64,000 nucleotides of DNA from Trichosphaerium sp. ATCC 40318 (taxonomy: Eukaryota; Protista; Tubulinea), in contig JALMLS010000179.1 in the NCBI GenBank assembly GCA_038496445.1, positions 372,001 to 436,000 on the forward strand. The letters run 5' to 3'. This document shows positions 24,583 to 36,939 of the stretch, one piece after another (the stretch's first letter is position 1; every line of letters begins with the position of its first letter). The notes below the pieces were generated by a model. The model saw only the letters and a list, made by a program, of their open reading frames with translations. It had not been told where the DNA came from and did not search any database. A program made the position numbers and the translations under genes.

Positions 24583-27500
24583 ATGAGTTCCAATAAAACA
24601 CACATCTCTTTTCTCTCCCAAAATCTCTATCTAGGTAGTATTTCTAACAAATTATGTGAACTAGTTGAAGTTATAGAAGAAGCTAACCCATCATTTCTAC
24701 TTTTCCAAGAAGCCCATATCTCCAAAGAGGACTTTAAGTATGTAGAACGTGACCTTAAAAAAATCCTCCCAAATTACAATATCTTTTCCAATCTTCAATC
24801 CAAAAAAGACATCCTATTAGCGTCCATTGTTAAAAAGGAAGCAATTTAAAAAAAATCTAAAGGCACAAATTTTATGTTTGCAACAGGTCTTGAAGAAATG
24901 AATGACCAAGAACTCTCTGACACTTGGAAAGACATTTCATGTAAAACTCCTCCGATGGGCGGTTTAATTACACTCGTCAAAAAAGATTTTTGCCAAAGTT
25001 TAGTTCGTCCTAAATGCTCTAATTTTTTCGCTCTCCCACTAATTATAGGTGCTAAAGCTGATGTTAAAGAAAGGTACTTAATTATTAACGTACACATAAG
25101 CCCTCAAGATGGTAGCCCTCGTAAGGCTCATTTTGAATTTCTATCTAACAAAATCCCAGAGTGGTGTAACAAATATGATATTCCACCTTCAAATATTATA
25201 TTAGGTGGTGATTGGAACACTCCTCAAAAAGAAGAAGAAACGGAAGGAAACGTACCTAAATCTACTAAATTCCTTCACAATTTCTGTGCTGAACTAAACC
25301 TCTTTGATCCTAGCTTTTTCAGAACTCCTTGCTTCTCTCACACAAGCTCCTCAACTAAACAAAAAGCCAGAATAGATTATTTTCTGATAGGCAAAAATAT
25401 CGATCTGGATACGGTGGCCTCTAGCATCGTTTCTGAAGAACCTTTCTATTCAGATCATAAAAGGATAACGTTAAATATTACCTTACCAATTCAACACGCT
25501 CCGACACCAGAACGCAGCGAGGTAGTCATTGAAAGACTCCTCCTCAGTAATGTAAGTGACAAATACCTAACTAAACTTTTAAGCTGGAACAACCTAAAGA
25601 CACACCTTGGTACAGAAACGTTAGATGTTTACGAGGAAGCTCTTTCAGAATCAGATACCTTTTTTGCGAAAGAAAAATGGAACAAATTCCTTTCTCGTTT
25701 TACCAAAAATCTTTACATTTATCTTGACAAAAAATTAGGTCATAACTCCAAACTTAGAATAAATCTTACTGAGAAAATCATTAATAATTTCTCACTCAAC
25801 AACGCTAAAAACCTATTTAATATCATCAAACATGGAAATTTTCTCATTAAATCGAAAACTAACATTTCACAAGGAAAATTAATCCTCGATGATGTTATAA
25901 CGAATAAAATAGGAAAATTTATAAGTGATTTTGATGATACGATTCTCATAGATACCGCAGAATCAGTAGTAAATTAAAAACGGGATTTTCCTCTGGAATC
26001 CTGTTAAATTCCGTGTTTTTTAAGGATTTTAGCGGAATTGTGGAAAAAATCCCTAAGCAATCTGAATTTTCGATTGGATTTTTGATGGGATTTCTGCTAT
26101 ATTCCATTAAAATAAGGAATTCCTTGGGATTTGTAAAAAAATCCCAAACAACAATATTGGCAAATGTTGGCAGCATATCAATGGGAATAATTGAAGGGAT
26201 TTTTAACGGAATTCCGTATGGATTTTGTAGGGAATTCCCTTGGGATTTTTAATGGAATTCCATAGGGATTTTTAACGAAATTCCATATGGATTTTGTGAG
26301 AATTCCTTTGAAAAATATTTTTGGTGAAAATTCAAAATTATTCATTATTTCGACAACTATCAAAGCCTTACCTAACCAAGTTTTTTTTTAGTAAACCACA
26401 TCGTCACCCTTTTATTGGTGTAGAAAACCAATGGATACAACGAAAAGACGTTTAATCAAAAAGTAAGCGAGATAAGTATTTTGGTGATTTTCGTTAGCAG
26501 TGATATTTCTATATCGCTTACTAATCTGTTTTGAGGCTTTTAAAGCATTTCAAAGGCCTTTACACACCACTAAGACACGCATTTAGGGCATTAATCTCAA
26601 GTACGTTGTTTTTGAAGGTTATTTCCATTTAATTTATCAAAAAACTACTCTTTTCTTATTTTAGCTTCTACGAATGCGTTATTAGCATTTATGATTGCGA
26701 TACCAGGTGCGATAAAATTCTTGGCCAAAGATTGGAAAGATTTGATGAGTTTGACCTGTACACAATAGCGTGTGGAACATTTGCGTTTCGTAACTAAATT
26801 ATCATTGGTAAATAAAACAAATTTTGTGCTACAAGACTTGATGTAAAGTATTTCGAGGTAATTTGTTTGGAATTTCATAAAAAATCCATTGGGAATTCCG
26901 TTGTTAATCCTTAAGGAATTCCGTCTGGATTCTTTAAGGAATTCCATCCGGATTCCATAGGGAATTCCATTCGGATTCCATAGGGAATTCCGTCCGGATT
27001 CCATAGGAATAAAGGAAGAGATTTTCCGCTTATAAATCCTTAGGATTTTAAGACGGAATCCCTTAAAAACCCTGATTTAAATTTACCACTGAATATACAA
27101 ACTTCGCCTCTGATGCCATGAAAAAACTAAAACTCTTAAAGGACCAGATACGTGAAGAGATAAGGAAAAAACATATTGACAATCTAACTGAAAAAATAGT
27201 TAAAAGTAAATCTAAATCCCTCTTCCATAGATACAGACAACTAAGAAATATGAAAGACATTAACTTCCCTCAGTCGTTCACCACAGAAGAAGACAAAATT
27301 ATCACATCCAATGAAGATATGAATAACAAGATAAACTGCAAATGGAGCAAAATATTTGAAAAAAGAACTAAACCCACTTCAAACTTAGATAATCTAACAC
27401 CTTTCTCACAAGAACCAATAGTAAACAACACCCACTTTAACGCTGATGATATCAATGAAGAGGTATTTATTAAAGCAGCGAAAAAAATTGCCTCATACAA

Positions 27501-30456
27501 AGCTCCAGGTACCTCTAAAATCGACCCTAAAATATACAAACTGTTACCTATCAACGCTATCAACATGCTAACCAATTTATTTAAATTCTGTTATAAAAAT
27601 TCCTTCATTCCTGACGAATGGAAATATAGTGTCACAATTCTACTACCCAAAAACGGAAACCCACAAGACGCGTTAAATTTCAGACCAATTTCTCTCTTAA
27701 ATTCTCTTTACAAAGTCTATTCACATATCATTACAGATATCCTCGATAAAGCAAATAAATCTAACAACCTACTTAGTAAAAATCAATTTGGGTTTATCAA
27801 AGGTAAATCTATTCATATGGCTCACAAAAAACTATTGTCGGCAATCAAGGACGCCAATAAAAGAAAAAAGAACCTTTTCGCCCTTTTTATAGATCTCCGG
27901 AAAGCTTATGACTCCATCCCCCACTGGGCTATAGACAATATTTTTAAATGGCATGGTTTCAACAAAAACATTAGAAAGGTCATCCTATCCCTTTTTAAAG
28001 GAATAACTACTACCATTAAATCTAAAGTTGGCGAAACAGATATTCAAATTAATAGAGGTACCAGACAAGGTGACATTATTTCTCCTCTTATATGGAATTT
28101 TTTTATTAACTCGCTTCTCCTACGAATGGATTCGTCTAACCTTGGTTATACATTCAAAAACGGCGAACGCATCACTGTCATAGCCTATGCTGACGATTTA
28201 GTCATTCTCTCTGACGATATGAAGAAACTCCGTAAATTATTCAAGCTTCTATCCTCTTTTTGCTCTTTCTATGAAATTGACATTAACACAGAGAAATCTG
28301 CACTACTCGCTAACAAAGACGTACTGGCAACGGAAGCGAATATAAACCCCCTAAAATGGAATGGAACAAAAATTCCTATTTTTAAACCTGACGAATCATA
28401 CAAATATCTAGGAATACTAATCAATTTAAATCTTGATTTTTATGATCATTTTAGTAAACTCCATAACTCATTTGTTTCAACTTTAAATCTAATTAATACT
28501 AATTACTTTACCACAGCCCAAAGAGTTCGCATCATTAACCAAGTGGCAATAGCTCGTATTAGATTCACACAAAATATAATTAACATACCTTACGACATAA
28601 TCGAATATTGGGATGATCTGGCTGCTAAAATAATCAAGAAAAAACTCAAGATTCAACATCAAGCGTACAATCATAGAGTCCAATCAAAACAAGTTGGTTA
28701 TGGTCTTCTCTCGCTATGTGACACACAAATTCAAGGATACGTCAAAACGGCGCTCAAAGATAATTTCAATAACTCTGACGGCCCTATCAATGACTTTGCC
28801 ATCAAATACGATGTTAAAGTCTGTAAAAAACTTTTGTCTAACTCCACTTTCGTTTTAAAGAATATAACTTCTGAAAACAAAGTTTCTCTTAAAATTAACC
28901 CTATCAGTTCTGAACACTTCACTAGATTTACCGATAAACATGATGGTATTCCAGTTATCGCCACTGATGGCAGTGTTAAAAATAACGTTGCATTTAGTGG
29001 AGTAGCTCTTTCTACTAAATACAAAAAATGGCTCAAAATGAAAACCTGTTTCTATAACGACTCCAATGGAGCTGAACTTGAAGCCATTGAGCTCGCTCTC
29101 AAAGTTACGCCAATTAACTCCCCTGTTATTATTATCACTGACTCTCTTAACTCCAAAAATTGGATTGATTCTTTTCCTCTCTGGCCTCCAAACAAAGTTT
29201 TTAAGAATCCATACTCCCATACGATAGACAGAATTAGAACTATTATTGATAAACGATTGGCAAATACCGATATTATATGGTACCCTAGCCATACCCTTGA
29301 AGATAAGTCAAAAAAGCCTCTAGTCAAACGCGCTGCCTCTTATATAAAAAAATATTTTTCGTCTAAACTTATTCCTTTGGCAGTCAAACTTAACAAATAT
29401 GCTGACGCTATTGCATCTAGTGCGTCATTTAAAGCCGCTGGAAAGTGTCTCCTAGGATCCAACATCCACCCTATAGGTACCAAAAACTATTGTCTGATCA
29501 ACAAAAATACAAAACACCCGGTATATCATGATCCTTGGAAGCTATTAAAAGAAGAAGCAGAATTAAATAAGATTAATTTTATTAACAACATTTCTAGTAA
29601 CCTAGGTAGATCTCGAACCAACTTGGACATCGTAGCATCTAAAATAACGACAGAAAACATTTGTTCTGACAAAATAGCTGACTTTGCCTTTAGAGTTAAA
29701 CGTCATGCGTTATATATCAACAATACACGGTATCATAGACAATCAAGCTCTTGCAAATCCCTTTGGGATAGAAGAGAGCGAATTAATTGTCCTAACCCTT
29801 TTTGCTCACTCTGTAATAACGATTCTCCAGAAACTTTCCTTCACTTTATACAATGTACTTATAACCCTTTCGATATCAGGTCACACATGTTCTATCACAC
29901 CATCCGAATATACCAGGAAATCACAGGTGACCTTATTCCCTCTGCGGAAGCTGACGTTAAAAAATTTAATTTCTACCCTCTTATTCGCAAACTGTACAAA
30001 GATAACTATTTTGTTTCTAGTTCGTTTCGCCTCCCCTACAGAGTTAAAGAACCGCTATATATCAAAATCCAAGCTGGAAGGAGTCTGGAATCTTTAACGC
30101 ACTGGTCCTGGCTAGATGAGACTATTGACGATCTCTGTCTTGGTGAAATCGTCGAAAAGTTCTTAGACAGATATGGTTTCTCAGGCTCAACTCCCAACTC
30201 CTTTTCTTTTCGTGCCGCCCAAGGTTGGATTACTACTGATGCTGTGGACTCGATATCTAGCCTTTTCTCGATTAGTAGGCACCTAGCGCGGGTCTTTGCT
30301 ATCAGATTGAACAAGGTTTTTGTTTGTCTTCTCTACAAACGTTATATCTGTAGGTGTAAGTTGGATATCAAGCACAAAAAAGATATGGGAGCTTACCTTA
30401 GTCCGCGTATTTTGGCGCTGGCCAATCCCAAAATCCGTAATATTCTCGGTCTGTGA
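24583..30456 (+). pseudogene. Non-LTR ORF2 (AP endonuclease, RT, RNase H, Zn finger), disrupted
   Basis: APE: SQNL..FQEAH..GGL..NVHI..GGDWN..RIDY..SDH. RT: FRPISLLN..QFGF..DLRKAYD..GTRQGD..AYADD..YKYLG. RNH: ATDGS..AELEAI..TDS..WYPSH..NKYAD. Zn finger: CSLC..HFIQC. One in-frame TAA at 24847-24849 and a nested insertion at 25964-27091; removing the insertion restores the frame (AEYTNFASDAMKK). Confidence 0.92.
25964..27091. mobile_element. Non-autonomous TIR DNA transposon (1128 bp, CAGT termini, 3-bp TSD AAT)
   Basis: Left end cagtagtaaattaaaaacggg; reverse complement of right end cagtggtaaatttaaatcaggg; aat on both flanks; subterminal GGAATTCC/GGATT arrays at both ends. Confidence 0.9.
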
Positions 30457-31046
30457 GTTTCATTTCCCTTTCCCTTCTTTGTTTTCCTTTTTCTTCTCTT
30501 TTCCTTTTCGGTTGTTTTTATCTTTTGTTTTTTACTAAAAATTTCCTTTTTCCTTGCCCTTCGTTCTCCTTCAAAGATGGATTGATCTCTGCGGAGAAAA
30601 ATGGCTGTTTCTCCCTTGACTGCTGGAAACGTGATTCCGCCGGACGTGAACTCAACTTTGGATATCTAAGACTGCTTTTGGACTTTGGCCTCTTTCTCTA
30701 CTAGCGACTTGATTTTCCTTCAATGTTCTCTGTTCCCTGGACCTCTTCTTCTATCCCTATCTCTTTCTGTTTCCCCCTTTCCCCCCTGTTTTTTTACATC
30801 AGTCAACCCCTATGGCTGCGTCGACACTTTCAGAGTATTACTCTTCCAGCGCCTTTTAGGCCTTAAGAATTTGTTTGACGTTAAAAAATAAATAAATAAA
30901 TAAACTAATGGATAACTTACAACCCACAAAAGGGCTACCTATGGGCACAATTACCTCGAACAACTAGGCTTAGTGCTAGCATGAAATAGCGTTATTTCAT
31001 GTCAAACCCACAAAAAGAGAAGCGAGAGATTGCGTCGCACGTTGTA

Positions 31047-31134
31047 TCTTAAGGTAGCCAAACCCTCGACACATATACAGACGCCATCATCGTCAATTAA
31101 ACGACTAATACTACCTTAAGGGAGTCATAGTTAC
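31047..31134. other. Two inverted short matches to LSU rRNA H69-H71 (not an rRNA gene)
   Basis: tcttaaggtagccaaa (+, 31047-31062) and gtaactatgactcccttaaggtag (-, 31134-31111), compared with conserved eukaryotic 28S GTAACTATGACTCTCTTAAGGTAGCCAAA. Confidence 0.8.
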
Positions 31135-31668
31135 GGTTGTTTGTTTAAATTGAATAGAAGGAACATGGTGACATGATTGCCTCTAACTCTTAACGGGTAG
31201 GTGGCCCGTTAACAAGACTATAGGTGATGCTCTCGCAATAGTATGGATAAGCTTACAGGATTAAAACTAGAGTTTTTTGTAGAACACTTTTTGTTGTGGT
31301 TTACTTTTCACTTAATTTTCACTTTTTTTTGTTGTTTTTTGCAACAAGCGTATAATACAGACAAGGTCCTTGCAATGATAGGCTCAAAAGGAAAAATGAA
31401 GCGTTGTTCCAACAGCCAAGCGCCACCAAAGATTAATGCACGTCTTATCTACAAGGTTTGCAGAACAAATTACATCGAACACGTGACTTTCTCAAAAATG
31501 AGTTGGCTACCAAATCACTTTACGTCAAACTTTTTTTCAAATACCACTGTAAAAGCGTTTCGAAACGCAAGTGTACCGTGGCTACCAAAGGTCGTTTCAC
31601 ATTCCTTAACGCTTTTAAGGTACAAAATTAATGTTAGCACTATTAACAGTAGTGACACGCGTGCTGTA

Positions 31669-32924
31669 ATGGAAGATCCAAGCCATGATAAACACTCAAC
31701 GAGTGAAAAAGGTGGCAATTTATATTTTGGCAAGATTTATGCCAAGAAAGGTAAATGGCCCTTATTCATATTTTATTACAACAACTGACGTTTTCAAGCA
31801 AAAAACAGTGAAAAGTATGGAACAAATAACGAGGTAAGACTCAATTTTATCATAAACGCTCTCACAATAGCGCTCAGTACTCCCTGCAGCGAAAACCTTT
31901 ACTCAATAAGCCTCAAACAGCTCAAGAACTAGAATCATACAGTTATACAGCTTCTACGCTTCTAATAACTATATTATTCATCCAAGCGGCGATAGTCATA
32001 ACTCACATTGTGTTTTCGGTTCAATGGCGTTACTTTGTTGGTAAACATAAAAAAAAGAAACCTCAACGTACTTTAAAACTAATATAAACTATACAGGCAT
32101 TGGCGTAGGAAGCTTCTCAATAGTCTACATAATTTTATTATTCGCAGGTACGCAAAAGAACATTCAACCCTTTCCACGCGAGGTCTTCTCAAAATTATCA
32201 GTATCTAACGTGTTTTGACGTCAGTTTCCATAAAACACTGTTTTTTTTTTGACACATTTTTTTAACTAGTCAAGATGCCTCTATGGAACGCTAAAAGTGG
32301 TGCTGTTCGTTGTAAAAAGACAATGTTTGTTCTTTTATGGGTTTTAAATCTTATTATTCTGGCTTGGATCATATTTTCAGTCGTAATCCATGCACATTTT
32401 AAAGACCCAAAGCCGTCTTCTTTACCTTCTTCTTGTGCGAGAACAACAAACTGTGTTCGTATGACGACAGACAATACTACAGATGTTGACGCAGAAGGAC
32501 TCGAGATACCTTATATTAGAACATCTCGCTCTCGTTTAACAAACTACGCACGTGATTATTTTGAGAACTTGTTCCAAACAAGGAAAGTACAAGAAATCCA
32601 CTCAAATTCCACAGCATTTTTACATTACAGGACTGTTTCACTTGGGTATGCACGATTCGTTTTACACGTGTATAATTAACTGAAATAGATTTGGATTCCC
32701 TGACGATACGTATCTTCTTCTAGAGTGCGTTGGAGATGACGCAGTGATAAATTTTCAGGTTGGTTATTTGTTTTTGGATTTGTTCCTGTTTTAATGTTGA
32801 CGTTTTTTGGTGTTAGGGAGAAGCACGAGTTGGTATTTCAGACCTTGGTGTTAACAAAGAAAGGATAAAAAAGTTCTTAGAAGCAGTTTTAAAAGAAAAT
32901 TTCGTTGTTGAAGATTGCACGTGA
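31669..32924 (+). CDS. DUF1499-family membrane protein
   Basis: Hydrophobic helices, then CARTTNCV, FGFPDD and ARVGISDLGVNKERI (DUF1499 signature). 5' exons uncertain. Confidence 0.75.
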
Positions 32925-33361
32925 CACAAATTATATGCTTTAACTTACTACGTGAAACCATTAATAAACAACCATAAATACCATGTAAAAGATTCTGTGT
33001 CCATGTACTTACAGCACTGAACAATACTGAAACACAAACAGTTATAGCACTATTATATTAGTTGCAATAACAATTATAGTATGTACCAAGATTCAACGGC
33101 CTGATGCAGTTCATTTGGCGTACAAAAAGTGATATGCTTGCTTTAAGAGTGTGTTTAGTGCAATAAGAGCGTATAGAAAGCCAAAAAAGCAGTGGCCACT
33201 TTAAATGCATAGTTTTCGCGTTACTGGTTGCATACTGCATTCTACGTATACTACGAGTTAAATAACTACTGGTTTTTTTAAGCTGTTATTCGCTTAGTGG
33301 TAAAAGCAAGTACCGGTAAAATCCCCTCGTACGCGTCTCCTATACCTGTTTTTGTCAACAG

Positions 33362-35362
33362 ATGGACTTCCAACGTACAAAGAGTGGTCGTGTGAGAAAA
33401 ATAAAATACCCTGAATTCAAGCGCCCGATACTTACAGATGATACAGAAACGCGTATTAGTATTTGCGTACAAAAAGGACTTAATCTGGCTTCCAAAGACA
33501 TTGGAGGTAAATCAGACCCTTATGTTAGGATTATGATTGCTCAAAAAGCACGTACAGCACACTCTTGTATTTTTGGAATTATATTATCTGCGTCGCGTAC
33601 TAGCCCATCAAAATCGCTATATCGCGATCAGTACAGCCATTTTATAATGAATATTCACGTTTGTCTAAAATATATTGTAGGAGGCAATAAACTCACCTTT
33701 AAAGCGTTCAAAGAGTGTAAAGAGCCCAAAAGGACTAGAAAATACAGCATCAACAACGGTAAAGAAAAATACGTTAACCCCTTCATGGCGAGAGGACTTC
33801 GACTTTGAGATACAAGGACCTCTCAATAACAAGATAATAAAGTTTGAATGCTGGCACGTCACCTGAGGCAGAAAACCATTTTTTTTTTTTTTTCCCTTCC
33901 TGCTTTAGCAGGAACGCGCAACTCCCTATAATTAGTAAATAACGCACATACACAAAGAGGTCCCAGCAACAAAAATGCTTGTGATCGCTTTGTGTGTTTT
34001 TTTATTTCGATTTTTTTCTAACGTCTCACTACAATGGTTTTTTTTTTTGGACGATTGTTTGGGTTGCGTTCTTATTATTAATACAGGGATAAAGATAAGA
34101 TTGGTAAAGATGATTTTATGGGTCAAAACCAGATCATTCTTTCAGAAATTATTGATGCTGCATTATCAAAATACAAAACATACTCTGATTTATTCGACAG
34201 GCTTGCTTCTCCTGTTGATACTATATCATTAGATATGCTTCCACGTCCTGGTAAAAAGGATAGAGTATCAGGATCTATTGTTGTTGTATTAAAGATGGAA
34301 GTATCCGCCTACGAAGAACTAAAAGCCGAAGAAAAAAAAATTGATGTCGAAAACTTCAAAAACAGACAACGTGCACAGGAAGAAGAACATGCAAGAGCAG
34401 AGCAACAAAAACGTGATAAACGAGCGAAGAAAGAAGCTGAATTATTGAAAGTTATTGCAGAGTTCCAAGAGAGGGAAACAAAAGTTCTTAAAGAAAAACT
34501 AGCCGCTTTGACTGATGAAGAAAAAGCTAATATTGATATCTCAACTCTCTTACCTAAAAATTCCCCTAACACTACCGCATTGAATCATTTCATAGACGAG
34601 AATCATGGTGACATTACTGACGCATTACGTGATGCTATAGCTTCTGCTTGTGACAAGAAAAATAACAAAGATTCTGTCCTTGTTATTTCTTTTGTAAAGT
34701 TTTTAAAGAATGTCGTCAAGGGTAACGCAAAGTCATCTTATGCTTCTGTGACACCAGAGGTACTTGATAAGCTTATTACTTGGAACTCAGAATGCCCTGG
34801 ACTTGTATCTATGTTCGATGAATACCAGCACGCTGGTGTTAAGGTTTCACCTGCCATTAAAGCCTTTTTGGATTCTCAGATATGGCCTACGGAGAGTGGA
34901 AAAAAAACATTCGAGAGGATAAAGAAGTTGAAAGCGAATCCACCTGATCATGACTCTGGGTTTACTAGTGATGCTAGAGCACTTAGAGAACAGTTCCAGC
35001 TTATTACTTCTTTCCACGAGCAACATGTTGAAGCATTAAAGCTTCTAACAGAAGCTCTTTTTAATTGGGATAGACTTGTCGCTGCGCAGGTGAGTATGTT
35101 TGCTCAACCTGCTGGGGATGCTTGGGCTCAGATAGGTTTATTAGTGAGTGATATTTTAGCAGATAAGGGTAAGTGCGAAGGCAGCATGACGGATTATTTA
35201 ACGAGCAAGACTGGGTACTTGATGGTTTCTGGTGTTGGACAAGCAATACGTCATATGCGACTTGTTAAAGAAGATAAGGCTTTAGTTACATCATTGGGTT
35301 CCAAGTTCCCTTCGTCTTTTCCTTCATCTTCTAGGTTAGCGTGGCCTGCTCATTATAAGTAA
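33362..35362 (+). CDS. C2 domain protein with coiled-coil/helical C-terminus
   Basis: GLNLASKDIGGKSDPYV..KKNTLTPSWREDFDF..FECW|DKDKIGKDDFMG; needs two GC-AG introns (33548-33680, 33854-34086). Confidence 0.85.
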
Positions 35363-35620
35363 AAGGACGTGAGATAACACGAAAAACATTTGAAAAAGAA
35401 TGAAAAGAAAACTCTGGCGCTTGTAAAAATCCACAAAAAATAAACAATTTTTTTTTATTCTCATTTTTTCTTTCTTTCTGTAGTGTTTTTCCTTGCAAGC
35501 CCTGAAGTATTAGCGAATTATAATGTCATGTATGGTCTAGCATCTATCAACAAGATATTCTTGGAGGTATTAGGTAGAAATAGAAGCTTGACTTAATGAT
35601 AAGTTCAAGTGGTAGGTACT

Positions 35621-36617
35621 ATGATGCACCACGTTGTGTTTGTGATTGTAGCCTTTCTCGCATTAGGTGTAAGTAGTCAGTTGAGTACTAATTGTTACGA
35701 TTGGCCGGCAAAGGAGTTTACACCAAGCGATAACGCGTTCGTTTCCTTCTTCACAAGGCCATTATGTTGTTAATCAACTTCGTAGTGGAGGTGAATATCT
35801 TTTCATCCATGCAGGCGACAGAGCGCCAGATTTTACTTTGTCAGATGTCAATGGTAAGAAATACACCCTAAGCGAGCTCTTAAAAGAAAAACCGGTACTA
35901 GCGTTAAATTACCTCCAAATCATGTCACTGACGATCATGTTTAGGTTGTCGTACAATTTGGAAGTTACACTTGTCCAGGTAACAGATTTGGCAATTATTT
36001 GTCATGTCACGTGATATTTTCGTACGACTTTTCAACTTCTTACTCCGGTTTTTTCTCCTAGTCTTTCAGCGTAAGGTAGAAGAAAGTAAGGTATTGGCAA
36101 AAGACTTTCCGCAAGTAACTTTTCTTGTCATCTACAATATTGAAGCACATCCTAAAACAGACGTTTCTCCATACAGTGGCAAAGTACGTATTATAACCTT
36201 ACTTCTGTTTGCAGTTTCCATTTTTCTCATTGACAACATAGCCTTGGGAACTCCAATATAGTATATACAAACAAGCATACACATATCCTGATCGAGTTAA
36301 ACATGCTATTGCAAATACGGAACTTTGGAATGGCTTCGGAAGTCAGATCTTGCTTATTGATGACCTTGAACCTAATGGTGCGCAATGTGAACAAAAGTAT
36401 CATTATGACACATTATTAGGTCCTAACAATCCATTATGGTGCACTTATGGAACAGCTCCAAATGGTACGCAGAGTTCTTTTAGTATATTCTTTGTTTTAA
36501 CATTGCTGGTATGTAGGAGGGTGGTTAATACGACAAGACAGTATTGTTGATTTTGAGCAATATTGGTTTGGTGTTGATGACTTCCGTAAAGCCATACAAC
36601 GCTTAATATCTGCTTAA
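35621..36617 (+). CDS. Iodothyronine deiodinase-like / thioredoxin-fold protein with signal peptide (Cys form)
   Basis: GDRAPDFTL..KPVVVQFGSYTCPVF..FLVIYNIEAHP..LLIDDL..YGTAPN; hydrophobic N-terminus. Confidence 0.8.
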
Positions 36618-36939
36618 AACTGTATGGTCCTGTAACGGCAATTCAATACTGTGGTTATTTTGAGTATAGTAAAATAAAACCTCTACCCTTTTTGACTTTG
36701 TAGCAAACTTAGTTGCGAGAAAGAGCCGCCAAATCCAAACATTTTAAAAATTGGGAGTTGTAAACTATCTGTTGCATCTTTGTGAAACACTGTGAGAAAA
36801 TAGTCATAATCTTCAACAACAAAGCCTGGTTAAACACTAAGAATTTTATTAGAATGCATAGATTCAGTGACAGATTCAAAATCCGTTTTTATCACAAATC
36901 ACACAAACTAGCAACACATAACAACAAAGAAAGGAAAAA

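Larger units (their letters stand above)
23308..30903 (+). mobile_element. Full-length non-LTR retrotransposon (APE-RT-RNase H), 11-bp TSD, (TAAA)n tail
   Basis: TSD actaatggata at 23297-23307 and 30904-30914; ORF1 and ORF2; pyrimidine-rich 3' UTR; tail aaaaaataaataaataaataa. Confidence 0.93.

Noticed and set aside
24847-24849. Programmed readthrough or non-standard genetic code at the in-frame TAA in LINE ORF2
   Set aside because: TAA, TAG and TGA all serve as normal stops in host genes here. A single nonsense mutation in an already disrupted copy is simpler.
25985-27065. CRISPR-like array suggested by GGAATTCC repeats, and the ORFs called here
   Set aside because: Irregular short degenerate motifs with no constant repeat/unique spacer period. 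They are explained as transposon subterminal repeats.
31047-31134. rRNA gene or box C/D snoRNA guiding LSU methylation
   Set aside because: The matches are short and in opposite orientations, with no flanking rRNA. No CTGA D/D' box follows either antisense element.
31095-31245. Group I intron remnant (aacgactaata and aagactata resemble the P7/R element)
   Set aside because: No convincing matching S element (AAGATATAGTC) or P3/P4 pairing was seen; this needs an Infernal search.
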